DNA of 64,000 bases, from the NCBI GenBank assembly GCA_947591495.1, contig CANQDG010000006.1, forward strand, positions 375 to 64,374, read 5' to 3'. This DNA is from an uncultured Bacilli bacterium (lineage in GTDB: Bacteria; Bacillota_I; Bacilli_A; ML615J-28; CAG-313). The notes beneath the pieces are model-generated. The model saw only the letters and a list, made by a program, of their open reading frames with translations. It did not search any database and was not told the DNA's origin. Shown here in pieces: positions 1-8,503 of this stretch (position 1 is the first letter of the stretch; every line of letters begins with the position of its first letter). Both the position numbers and the translations under genes were made by a program.

Positions 1-580
1 TTTATCTTTTTGTAATTTAATTCTTATTATTAGAGGATTAAAAAAAACTAATGTTCCACCTAGTATTTTTGGCACAACTTGTTTAGTGGTAGAAACTAAT
101 TCAATGAGTGGCGAATCAACAGATCATATTGAAATTGATGATTTAATTTTTATAAAAAAAATTGCTGCTGAAAAATTAGCAGTTAATGACGTAATTGCTT
201 TTATAGATGAAGAAACTATTATAACACATCGTATAGTTGCAATTGATAAAGATGAAAATGGCGATATTATTTATATTACGAAAGGTGATGCTAATAATAT
301 TCTTGATAATCCCATTAAAAAAGAAAAAATTATAGGTAAATATTATGGCAAAATACCTAAAATTGGTCGATTTATTATATTATTACAAAATCCTTTAATA
401 TGTATTTTTTTGACAACTATGATAGCTATATTAATTATTGGCTTAATTTTAAATAATTATAAGCATAACAGAAAAAAAGAGGCATCTACTTTGTCCATAC
501 AAAGAAAAAATAAAAATAATAAAAAGGAGGAATTTAAATTATGGAAAGAAAAGAAAAAAGTAGAAGAAATAAAAACATAG
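1..580 (+). CDS. sipW: Signal peptidase I, SipW/S26B type (5' end lies outside the window)
   Basis: Frame is open from position 2. Motifs: xNSM (Ser), ITHRIV (His), ITKGDANNxxD, plus a C-terminal TM helix. Confidence 0.9.
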   Translation, partial: LSFCNLILIIRGLKKTNVPPSIFGTTCLVVETNSMSGESTDHIEIDDLIFIKKIAAEKLAVNDVIAFIDEETIITHRIVAIDKDENGDIIYITKGDANNILDNPIKKEKIIGKYYGKIPKIGRFIILLQNPLICIFLTTMIAILIIGLILNNYKHNRKKEASTLSIQRKNKNNKKEEFKLWKEKKKVEEIKT

Positions 581-1221
581 TATGTTTGGTACTTATTTTA
601 TTAATGCTTACATTGGTAACAAGTTGTATAGTAGGCAAATCTTTTGCAAAATATGCAACAGGTGAAAAAATAACAGGTAAGGCGCGTGTTGCTAATTTTG
701 GTATTACTTTTGAAGTAGGTGAAGGTACTATTTTTGCCAACAAATATCGAGGTCTAAATGATGGTGAACAATATATTGTTTATGTTGAATCTGAAGATAA
801 TAAACTTGTTGCACCAGGCACAAGTGGTAAAGTGCCAAGTATGACCATTTCAGGTAATCCTGAAGTAGCTGTTAAAATAGAATATGATATAATTTTAGAA
901 TTACAAGGCTGGAAACTTGATAGTGGTAGTTTTTATTGCCCAATTATTTTTACAATTGGTGAAACACAAATCAAAGGTACATCGTATGAATCAAGTGATC
1001 AATTACAAAATGCGCTAAAAGAAGCAATCAAAAAATGTCAAAAAGAATATCAACCAAATACAGCTCTAAATACTCATGAAAGTCCAACAATCACTTGGGA
1101 ATGGCCTTTTGAAGGTGACGATGCTAAAGATACTGAACTTGGAAAAAAAGCTTTAAACAATACCATCAATTTAACAATTGCAACTAATGTGACACAAATT
1201 AATCAATATCAAAAAGCATAA
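541..1221 (+). CDS. SipW-processed secreted protein, TasA/camelysin-like fibre subunit candidate
   Basis: Basic N-region, hydrophobic core, then SFAKY...ARVANF and a later VAPGTSG motif. Directly after sipW with an AGGAGG RBS. Confidence 0.65.
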   Translation: MERKEKSRRNKNIVCLVLILLMLTLVTSCIVGKSFAKYATGEKITGKARVANFGITFEVGEGTIFANKYRGLNDGEQYIVYVESEDNKLVAPGTSGKVPSMTISGNPEVAVKIEYDIILELQGWKLDSGSFYCPIIFTIGETQIKGTSYESSDQLQNALKEAIKKCQKEYQPNTALNTHESPTITWEWPFEGDDAKDTELGKKALNNTINLTIATNVTQINQYQKA

Positions 1222-1263
1222 ATAATTATTAAATTCTTAATTTATTGATAGGCGAATTAGATT

Positions 1264-1800
1264 ATGAAAGCATCAAGGATTATTAAATTTTTTCTAATTT
1301 TATTTGCGTTCATATTAATAACTTCTTCGTTTATGGTATTTGCTAAAGCAGTTATTACGAAAAAAATTTCTGATCAAGCATCGGTTGCAAAATTTATAAT
1401 AAAAACTACTCAAATAACCAATAATTCCAATTTAATCCTAGATCAAAGTATGACTAATAATTTATATACGTTTGCTGTTAGTAATTATGAAGATAATAAT
1501 GTATGTGAGATTACAACAACTTATGATATTATAATTACTTGTCCGATATCTTCATCTTTTTTAGATCAAATTAAAATAACATTAGTTTGTAATAATAAAG
1601 CAATAGATTGTTCGTATATTAATAAAACACCCAAAGAAACTATTTATGTATTTGACAATGTAGGAGTATTACAGGCAAATAATAAAACTGAACAAATTTG
1701 TAATATATATTTTGTGACTACAACTGAAAAGATAAATTATCTACATTGTGAAGGAATTGTAGTAGATGTTTTAGTTGAACAAATAAATAAGGAAATTTAA
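1264..1800 (+). CDS. Second SipW-type substrate, paralogous N-terminus
   Basis: Signal peptide followed by VFAKA...ASVAKF, matching the preceding gene. Confidence 0.6.
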   Translation: MKASRIIKFFLILFAFILITSSFMVFAKAVITKKISDQASVAKFIIKTTQITNNSNLILDQSMTNNLYTFAVSNYEDNNVCEITTTYDIIITCPISSSFLDQIKITLVCNNKAIDCSYINKTPKETIYVFDNVGVLQANNKTEQICNIYFVTTTEKINYLHCEGIVVDVLVEQINKEI

Positions 1801-1805
1801 TAGTT

Positions 1806-2555
1806 ATGAAAAAGGCATTTACAATTTTAATTTTATTAGTAACAATTATTTTAACACTTAACATTTATGTTTTAGGAAAATACACAGATAGAATTAGAGT
1901 AGGTAGTTTTAATTTAACAATTACTGATGATGAACACATGGTTTATTTAATAGAAGGTGAACAATTTAATAAAATGCTAAAACAAAATACAAATACAATA
2001 ATTTTTGATATATATGATAAATATCCTGATTTTCGTGATCGTGATGATGGATTAAATTGTGGTATTTATTTAGATGAACAAATCGAAAGTGATTATATTA
2101 AATTATTTTATGAAAAAAATACCGCTTATGTGTTATCCGAAACGACTATTTATGCTAATCCTAATAGTAATGCTTTGTTTAAAAATTGTTTGGGACTTAG
2201 TAAAATAGATTTTAATGCATTTGATACAAGTAATGTTGTTAATGCAAAAGAAATGTTTTATAGTTGTATTAGTTTAAGAACCTTAAATATTAGTGCTTTT
2301 GATAGTAGTAAAATTGAGAATATGCAAGGAATGTTTCAATATTGTCTTTTTCTTAATACTATTTATGTATCTAAAAAATGGGTAACGGATAAAGTTACAA
2401 ATGGTTCTAGTATGTTTGTATTTTGTTTAGGCTTAGTAGGTGAACAAAACACTCGATATTTAAATGTGCCAAGTGGAACACGCGATAGTTATATGTATGC
2501 TAAGATTGATGGTGGTACGAGTGATCCTGGCTATTTTAGCGAATTAAAGTCATAA
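1806..2555 (+). CDS. Secreted protein with BspA/DUF285-like leucine-rich repeats
   Basis: Signal peptide ending LGKY. Repeats FDTSNVVNAKEMFYSC, FDSSKIENMQGMFQYC and VTNGSSMFVFC. Confidence 0.75.
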   Translation: MKKAFTILILLVTIILTLNIYVLGKYTDRIRVGSFNLTITDDEHMVYLIEGEQFNKMLKQNTNTIIFDIYDKYPDFRDRDDGLNCGIYLDEQIESDYIKLFYEKNTAYVLSETTIYANPNSNALFKNCLGLSKIDFNAFDTSNVVNAKEMFYSCISLRTLNISAFDSSKIENMQGMFQYCLFLNTIYVSKKWVTDKVTNGSSMFVFCLGLVGEQNTRYLNVPSGTRDSYMYAKIDGGTSDPGYFSELKS

Positions 2556-2674
2556 GATTAAATTTGAAAAAGCAAATTTGTAGATAAATTTTAGAATCTT
2601 AAAAATATAAAAAATCTAAGTTTGTTAAAGATACTTAATGGAAACTATTGATGAGTATAATTAGGCTACTAATT

Positions 2675-2712
2675 GGGAATGTTTCATATATTAAACATGG
2701 AACATTCCTTTT
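2675..2712 (+). terminator. Intrinsic terminator of the sipW operon
   Basis: GGAATGTTTCAT/ATGGAACATTCC stem followed by a T-run. Confidence 0.6.
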
Positions 2713-2906
2713 AGTTTGTCTTTAATTATTTTATTGATAATATTAGATTAATGAAAAAACAAAAATGATGATATAGAATTTATCTATTATCATCATTTAT
2801 TTTTGGCAATCATACCTCAATTAATTTTATCTAAACCTTTCTTTATCAATAATTTTGGTTAAGGATAAAGATATATAATTTTTATTTTCAAAAGTTAAAC
2901 CCATTT

Positions 2907-3371
2907 TTAACATTTTGAATAAATTACTAAACGAATATTTTTGATATTTCTTTTATCTTTTTTCTCATCTTCTGTAAGAAGTGGATCAACCTCATTAATC
3001 CAATCAGAAAAATATTGGATAGCATTATAAGGTTTTCTGGCAAGATGTTCGATTGTAGTACAAAGAAAAATAGTATCAGGATGAAATTTTAAAGCTATTG
3101 GTATAGAAAATTTAGCATTTTCATAAGTTGAAGTTGATTGGTTTTCTTCAATAATTTGTTCTGTAGGTATACCATGTTCAACTAAATAGTCTTTCATTTT
3201 ACTAGCTTCACTAATACCGGCTTTTAAGTTCGCAATACCACCACTAACAATGATTTTTTCAGGATGGTATTCTTGATAAAGCTCTAAAGTCATATCTAAT
3301 CTTTGTTTCAAAGTATCAGCTATATCACCATTATCTTTTAAACGATATCCTAAAACGATTGCAATTTTCAT
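2907..3371 (-). CDS. YdcF/DUF218 family protein
   Basis: Motifs IVLG, RL, IIVSGG, SEA..MK.YL and EnQSTSTYENA. Confidence 0.9.
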   Translation of the reverse strand: MKIAIVLGYRLKDNGDIADTLKQRLDMTLELYQEYHPEKIIVSGGIANLKAGISEASKMKDYLVEHGIPTEQIIEENQSTSTYENAKFSIPIALKFHPDTIFLCTTIEHLARKPYNAIQYFSDWINEVDPLLTEDEKKDKRNIKNIRLVIYSKC

Positions 3372-3511
3372 ATTAAACTCCCTTCGATACTATTATAATA
3401 ACATATTTTTTTATTTTAGCAATTAAGAAGATTAAAAATCCTTAAAATTACGGATAATATGTAAAAAGTTAAAATAAAAAACACCTACTAATTTAGTAAA
3501 AAATAAATATC

Positions 3512-3572
3512 TGCATTTTTTTCGAAGCAAAAAGATATGGTTTTTGCATTTTTTTCGAAAGTATGCTATAAT
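3512..3572 (+). repeat. Two 15-bp direct repeats (TGCATTTTTTTCGAA, 33-bp period) overlapping a sigma-A promoter
   Basis: Copies at 3512 and 3545. Promoter TTGCAT(3544)-N17-TATAAT(3567). Confidence 0.75.
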
Positions 3573-3597
3573 TAAAATAGCTTAAAAGGGGTTTACT

Positions 3598-4905
3598 ATG
3601 AAAAGAAAATTAATAAATGAACTTTTAAATTGGAAAAAAAATAAACGTACTAAACCATTAATGATCTTTGGCGCAAGGCAAGTAGGTAAAACTTATTTAG
3701 TTAGAGAATTTGCAAAAGAAAATTATGAATATTTATATGAAATTAATTTCGAATTAGATAAAAAAGCTAAAGATTTATTTAAAGGCAATTTAACTATCGA
3801 TAATCTATTTATGGAACTTTCTTCATATAAATCACAAATACCAATTATTGAAGGTAAAACTTTATTATTCTTTGATGAAGTTCAAACATGTCCAGATGTC
3901 TTAACATCATTAAAGGCGTTTGCTATAGATGGAAGATTTGATGTGATTACAAGTGGCTCAATGTTAGGTATTGTTATGGGAAATGTTTCATCATATCCTG
4001 TTGGTTATGTTGAAACGCTTAATATGAAACCGATGAGTTTTGAAGAGTTTTTATGGGCGAAAGGATATAGCGAAGAATTAATAAATCAATATGAAATTTA
4101 TTATAAAGAAGGAAAAATGATGCCCGAGGTAGTCCATGAGAAATTAAATGAATTATTTTTACAATATGTTGTAGTTGGTGGAATGCCTGAAGTAGTCGAT
4201 ATTTTTGTCAAAACTTTAGATATTAGATTAGTAATTGAAGCTCAAAAAAGAATTTTAAATGATTATGATAAAGATTTAGCCCACTATGCATCGAAAGATA
4301 TAAAAGAAAAAGTAAGAGAATGCTATGATTCCATACCAGACCAGCTAGCAATGGAAAATAAAAAATATCAATACAAAATCATTAAAAATGGTGGTAATGC
4401 TAGATATTATAGTACAAGTGTAAAATGGATTATTGATTCAGGACTTGCTCAACAAATATATAGATTAAAGACATTTGATAAGCCATTAAGAGCATATCGT
4501 GATCCGCAAAGTTTTAAATTATATTTTAACGATACAGGTTTACTTCTTGCTATGTATGAAGAAAATGTGCAATTTGAAATTTTAAACGGAAATGCGGGAA
4601 TTTTTAAAGGTGGTATATTCGAAAATGTTATTGCCCAAACCTTATTACAAAACAATCTACCTCTATATTATTATCGAAGAGATGAAAAACTTGAAATAGA
4701 TTTTATCACATTATTAAATAATGATATTGTTCCTATCAAAATTAAATCAGGTCATAATACTAAATCGATTAGTTTAAATAATATAATTGAAAAAAATAAT
4801 ATAAAGTATGCAATTAAATTATCGATGAATAATGTTAATTGTTCTAATCCTAAAATTAAATGTTATCCATTATATATGAGTATTTTTATAAAAAACAACA
4901 ATTAA
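3598..4905 (+). CDS. AAA_14 ATPase with C-terminal DUF4143 (PD-(D/E)xK-like) domain
   Basis: Walker A GARQVGKT, Walker B FFDEVQ, then TSGS, GGMPE, KLYFNDTGLL, ENVIAQ and EIDF. Confidence 0.9.
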   Translation: MKRKLINELLNWKKNKRTKPLMIFGARQVGKTYLVREFAKENYEYLYEINFELDKKAKDLFKGNLTIDNLFMELSSYKSQIPIIEGKTLLFFDEVQTCPDVLTSLKAFAIDGRFDVITSGSMLGIVMGNVSSYPVGYVETLNMKPMSFEEFLWAKGYSEELINQYEIYYKEGKMMPEVVHEKLNELFLQYVVVGGMPEVVDIFVKTLDIRLVIEAQKRILNDYDKDLAHYASKDIKEKVRECYDSIPDQLAMENKKYQYKIIKNGGNARYYSTSVKWIIDSGLAQQIYRLKTFDKPLRAYRDPQSFKLYFNDTGLLLAMYEENVQFEILNGNAGIFKGGIFENVIAQTLLQNNLPLYYYRRDEKLEIDFITLLNNDIVPIKIKSGHNTKSISLNNIIEKNNIKYAIKLSMNNVNCSNPKIKCYPLYMSIFIKNNN

Positions 4906-4964
4906 TATTAAGAAAAAAGAAGAAATAAAAAGTATTGAAAAATATATAAAGGAGTAGATTAAGC

Positions 4965-5291
4965 ATGCATTTATATAAAGAATTTCATGGTGAGATGCAA
5001 ATCAAAGAAATAGGTCAAATGTTACGAAACATTGTTAGAAAAGGTGAAAACTTTAAGATTCTAACAGGTTATGGTTCACAAAGTAGCATAAGCAAAAGTA
5101 AAAATCAAGCGATTAAATGTTTAATAAATATGAAAAAAGAAGGTTTGATTAAAGGTTTTTTGCCAGGTGGTTTAAAACAACTTTTATCAACCACTTCACT
5201 TTATTTCAGTGATAAAATTAAATATGCAAGTTTAATTAAAAATGATGTTGATTATGACAATGAAGGAATTATCTTTGTGTTTGTCAAATAA
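4965..5291 (+). CDS. Stand-alone Smr-like domain protein
   Basis: N-terminal xFHG and ILTGYGS, C-terminal NEGIIFV, size about 110 aa. Confidence 0.55.
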   Translation: MHLYKEFHGEMQIKEIGQMLRNIVRKGENFKILTGYGSQSSISKSKNQAIKCLINMKKEGLIKGFLPGGLKQLLSTTSLYFSDKIKYASLIKNDVDYDNEGIIFVFVK

Positions 5292-5386
5292 GATATATAA
5301 ATAATCGAAAGAGGCTTTAAATAAGACTTATGCGTTAGTTTTATCTAAAGCCTTTTTTAATCTAAAATTGATTTAACATATTAGTT

Positions 5387-5419
5387 ATGACAAAATAACT
5401 CAAAATTTCTAAGTATAAT
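5387..5419 (+). promoter_or_regulatory. Putative Spo0A-dependent spoIIG promoter (over-long spacer)
   Basis: ATGACA-N21-TATAAT. TGACAAA (a 0A-box-like site, 1 mismatch) overlaps the -35. Confidence 0.4.
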
Positions 5420-5435
5420 ATAATAGGTGTTTGTG

Positions 5436-6146
5436 ATGGTCATTTATCTTGATCTATTAATTTTATCAACAATTGTGGTCAATTACCTTTTTATTAAAAC
5501 AATTGCCATCATTTTCCATGAAAAGTTATCAATTATTAGAGTTATCATTTCTTTAGTTATGTCAGTTTTAATGCTTTTTTTATATCTTGCTCCATATCAA
5601 TTTTATTTTATAGTGCGTTATTTTATGGGAATTATTATTGGCATGATTGCTTTTCGTAAAAGTGATTTAAAAATTAAAATCATAAAGATTGTTATTTTTT
5701 ATATTCTTAATATGATGTTTATTGGATGTCTAGTAGTCTTTAAAGTTAAAAATCTTTTACCTTTAGTTTTAACAATTTTCTTTGTTATTATCTTGTATAT
5801 CGTTCAAAGCTATCAAAATGTTTTTTCACATACGCGTTATATATATCAAGTTAAATTGGATAAGGTTACTTTAAAGGGTTATTTAGATACGGGTAATTTA
5901 GCAACTTATCAAAATAAACCAATTGTTTTTTTAAAAAATAAATATTTTAATCAACAGTTTTCTTATTTAAATAACATTTCTATCAATGGTATTTTTGGTC
6001 AAAAAATGATGGATGTATATAGTGGACCTACTTTGTATTTGAATAAGAAAACTTATGAGGTATATTATATTTTTGTTAATGAAATTAATTATGACATCAT
6101 TTTAAATAATTTAATGAAGGGGGATAAAAATGCTAAAATTAATTAA
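5436..6146 (+). CDS. spoIIGA: Pro-sigma-E processing aspartic peptidase
   Basis: MVIYLD start, several TM helices and catalytic YLDTGN. Overlaps the sigE start. ATG 5436 is preferred because of the AGGTG RBS. Confidence 0.88.
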   Translation: MVIYLDLLILSTIVVNYLFIKTIAIIFHEKLSIIRVIISLVMSVLMLFLYLAPYQFYFIVRYFMGIIIGMIAFRKSDLKIKIIKIVIFYILNMMFIGCLVVFKVKNLLPLVLTIFFVIILYIVQSYQNVFSHTRYIYQVKLDKVTLKGYLDTGNLATYQNKPIVFLKNKYFNQQFSYLNNISINGIFGQKMMDVYSGPTLYLNKKTYEVYYIFVNEINYDIILNNLMKGDKNAKIN

Positions 6147-6843
6147 GAAAATTTTCGATTTGTTATTTCTTAAAAATCAACAACCTATTTGTTATTACAT
6201 CAATAGTAATAATCTTTTGCCTCAACCTTTAGATGAGAAAGAAGAAAATCGTCTTTTACTTTTAGTAAAAGAAGGGGATATTGATGCACGAAATACCTTA
6301 ATTGAACATAACTTACGTTTGGTTATTTTCATTGCGAAAAAATTTGAATCAACCAAGATTAATATGGAAGACTTAATTAGTATAGGTTCGATGGGTTTAA
6401 TTAAAGGAATTCAAACCTTCAAGATGGAAAAAAATATTAAACTAGCAACATATGCATCACGTTGTATTGAAAATGAAATATTAATGTATTTAAGAAAAAC
6501 CCAAAAGAGCAGGCAAGAATACTCTTTAGATGAGGTTTTAAGTGTTGACTCAGAAGGTAATGAAATGATTCTATCAGATATCATTGGTTCTAATGAACCG
6601 CTTGCTTTAACGAAACTATCAGAAGAAGAGGATCTTAGAAATTTATATTATGCACTTGATAAATTAAACAAAAGAGAAAAAGAAATTATTATTATGAGAT
6701 ATGGCCTTTATGGAGTTGAACCACTTACTCAAAAAGAAGTAGCTGATAAAATGGGAATTTCACAATCATACATATCTCGACTAGAAAAACGGATAATTGA
6801 AAAGATGCGTCAAGATATCGAACAATTAGTAAAAATAGCCTAA
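6130..6843 (+). CDS. sigE: Sporulation sigma factor E (pro-form)
   Basis: N-terminal pro-sequence. Motifs LIEHNLRLV, KLATYASRCIENEILMYLR and TQKEVADKMGISQSYISRLEKRII. Confidence 0.95.
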   Translation: MLKLIKKIFDLLFLKNQQPICYYINSNNLLPQPLDEKEENRLLLLVKEGDIDARNTLIEHNLRLVIFIAKKFESTKINMEDLISIGSMGLIKGIQTFKMEKNIKLATYASRCIENEILMYLRKTQKSRQEYSLDEVLSVDSEGNEMILSDIIGSNEPLALTKLSEEEDLRNLYYALDKLNKREKEIIIMRYGLYGVEPLTQKEVADKMGISQSYISRLEKRIIEKMRQDIEQLVKIA

Positions 6844-6939
6844 TATTATACATAGCATTTAAAAATAAATATTCAATAATCAAAGAAAAATACATAAAAC
6901 AAACGATCTTTACGCATAATTAAAATGGAGGGTGAATTT

Positions 6940-7716
6940 ATGCGTAATAAAGTAGAAATCACGGGGGTAAATACTTTAGAACTCAAGGTGTTACCACCAG
7001 AAGAAACAATGGATTTAATTAAAGAAAGTCAACAAGGTAATTACGAAGCTCGTGATCGCTTAGTTGAAGGTAATTTAAAACTTGTTTTAAGTGTAATTAA
7101 AAAATTTAATAATCGGGGTGTCGACCTTGATGATTTGTTTCAAGTAGGCGCAATGGGCTTAATTAAAGCGATTGACAATTTTGATTTTTCGCATGGTGTT
7201 AAATTTTCCACATATGCTGTGCCAATGATTGTTGGTGAAATTAGAAGATATTTAAGAGATAATTCGGTGGTGCGAATTAGTAGATCAGTTAAGGATACGG
7301 CCTATAAGGCCTTGCAATTTAAAGAAAAATATTTTGCTAATAACGGAATTGAACCAACCATTGAAGAAATCGCTCAAGAATTAGCTATTGATACCATTGA
7401 TGTTGTCGTGGCTTTAGAAGCCGTTCAAGAACCGATTTCTATTTATACGCCTATTTATAATAATGGGGGCGATGAAATATATTTAATCGATCAAATTGCC
7501 GATAACGTTGAAAGTGAAGAAACAAAACTACGCAAGATGATTATTGAAGAAGGAATTGCTAGGTTAAATGACCGGTTAAAAGGAATAATTTATAGTAGAT
7601 ATTATGATAATAAAACCCAAATGGAAATTGCCAGTGAATTAGGAATCTCGCAAGCACAAGTTTCAAGATTAGAAAAAAGTGCTTTAAAAATAATTTTTGA
7701 TGGTAAAGAAAAATAA
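6940..7716 (+). CDS. sigG: Sporulation sigma factor G
   Basis: Motifs MRNKVEITGVNT, GNLKLVLSVI, FSTYAVPMIVGEIRRYLRD and GISQAQVSRLEK. Follows sigE. Confidence 0.95.
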   Translation: MRNKVEITGVNTLELKVLPPEETMDLIKESQQGNYEARDRLVEGNLKLVLSVIKKFNNRGVDLDDLFQVGAMGLIKAIDNFDFSHGVKFSTYAVPMIVGEIRRYLRDNSVVRISRSVKDTAYKALQFKEKYFANNGIEPTIEEIAQELAIDTIDVVVALEAVQEPISIYTPIYNNGGDEIYLIDQIADNVESEETKLRKMIIEEGIARLNDRLKGIIYSRYYDNKTQMEIASELGISQAQVSRLEKSALKIIFDGKEK

Positions 7717-7795
7717 ATGCTATTTTATATAGCATTTATTTATTTTTTAGTATAATGATTAACAAAATACGAGGAAAGGTTTAGGCCCTTAAAAC

Positions 7796-8398
7796 ATGAA
7801 AAAAAAGCTGAAAAAATATCAAGGAATCATTAATGGTCAAAAAGTTTCAATCGAGGTTAAACATAAATTAATGCCACCTACTTCCAAGACTTTAAAAAAA
7901 GAATCTCGTCAACTGATGACAGTTAAATTATTAGTAATGCTAGCAGCTTTACTAGCTCTAGGGGTGGTGCTTAAATTTGTATCTATTGGTAATGGTCAAT
8001 TTCGCATTAGCTTGTGGGATATTCCCCTTTTCTTAGCTGGTGTTTTAGCAGGCCCAGTATATGGAGGAATTGTAGCAATGGGGGCTGACTTAATTTATGG
8101 CCTTTGCTTTTCATCTTATCCTTTTTCTTTTATTATGATGTTTACAACGATTGTTTGGGGTGTTATGGGGGGAATCTTTTACCATAGAGGCATTAAAATT
8201 TGGTCGCTATTAGTGGTTGTTTTAATTACATCATTAATTGCCACCTTTATTAATTCAATTTATCTTACGTTATATTATGGTTTTAATTATATGCTAGGAA
8301 TGCTTCCAATAAGACTGGGGGTTTTATTTGTTAAATGGCCAATAACGAGTTTTCTTGTTTATTTTTTAAATAAAATGCTTAAGAATTTAAAAAATTGA
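7796..8398 (+). CDS. ECF transporter S-component, folate (FolT)-like
   Basis: About 6 TM helices, A.L.ALGVVL and AGVLAGPVYGGIVAMGADL motifs. Confidence 0.7.
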   Translation: MKKKLKKYQGIINGQKVSIEVKHKLMPPTSKTLKKESRQLMTVKLLVMLAALLALGVVLKFVSIGNGQFRISLWDIPLFLAGVLAGPVYGGIVAMGADLIYGLCFSSYPFSFIMMFTTIVWGVMGGIFYHRGIKIWSLLVVVLITSLIATFINSIYLTLYYGFNYMLGMLPIRLGVLFVKWPITSFLVYFLNKMLKNLKN

Positions 8399-8503
8399 TG
8401 AAGAAATTTTAAAGATTAAAAACGCTTTTGTAGTTCAAATAATTAGCAAATAATCTTAAAATGAGTATAATAAATATGGATATAAAAATAAAAGAGGTAG
8501 AAA

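Noticed and set aside
7717-7795. THF riboswitch upstream of the FolT-like gene
   Set aside because: Only about 80 bp containing a hairpin and a -10 box, with no room or consensus for the aptamer.
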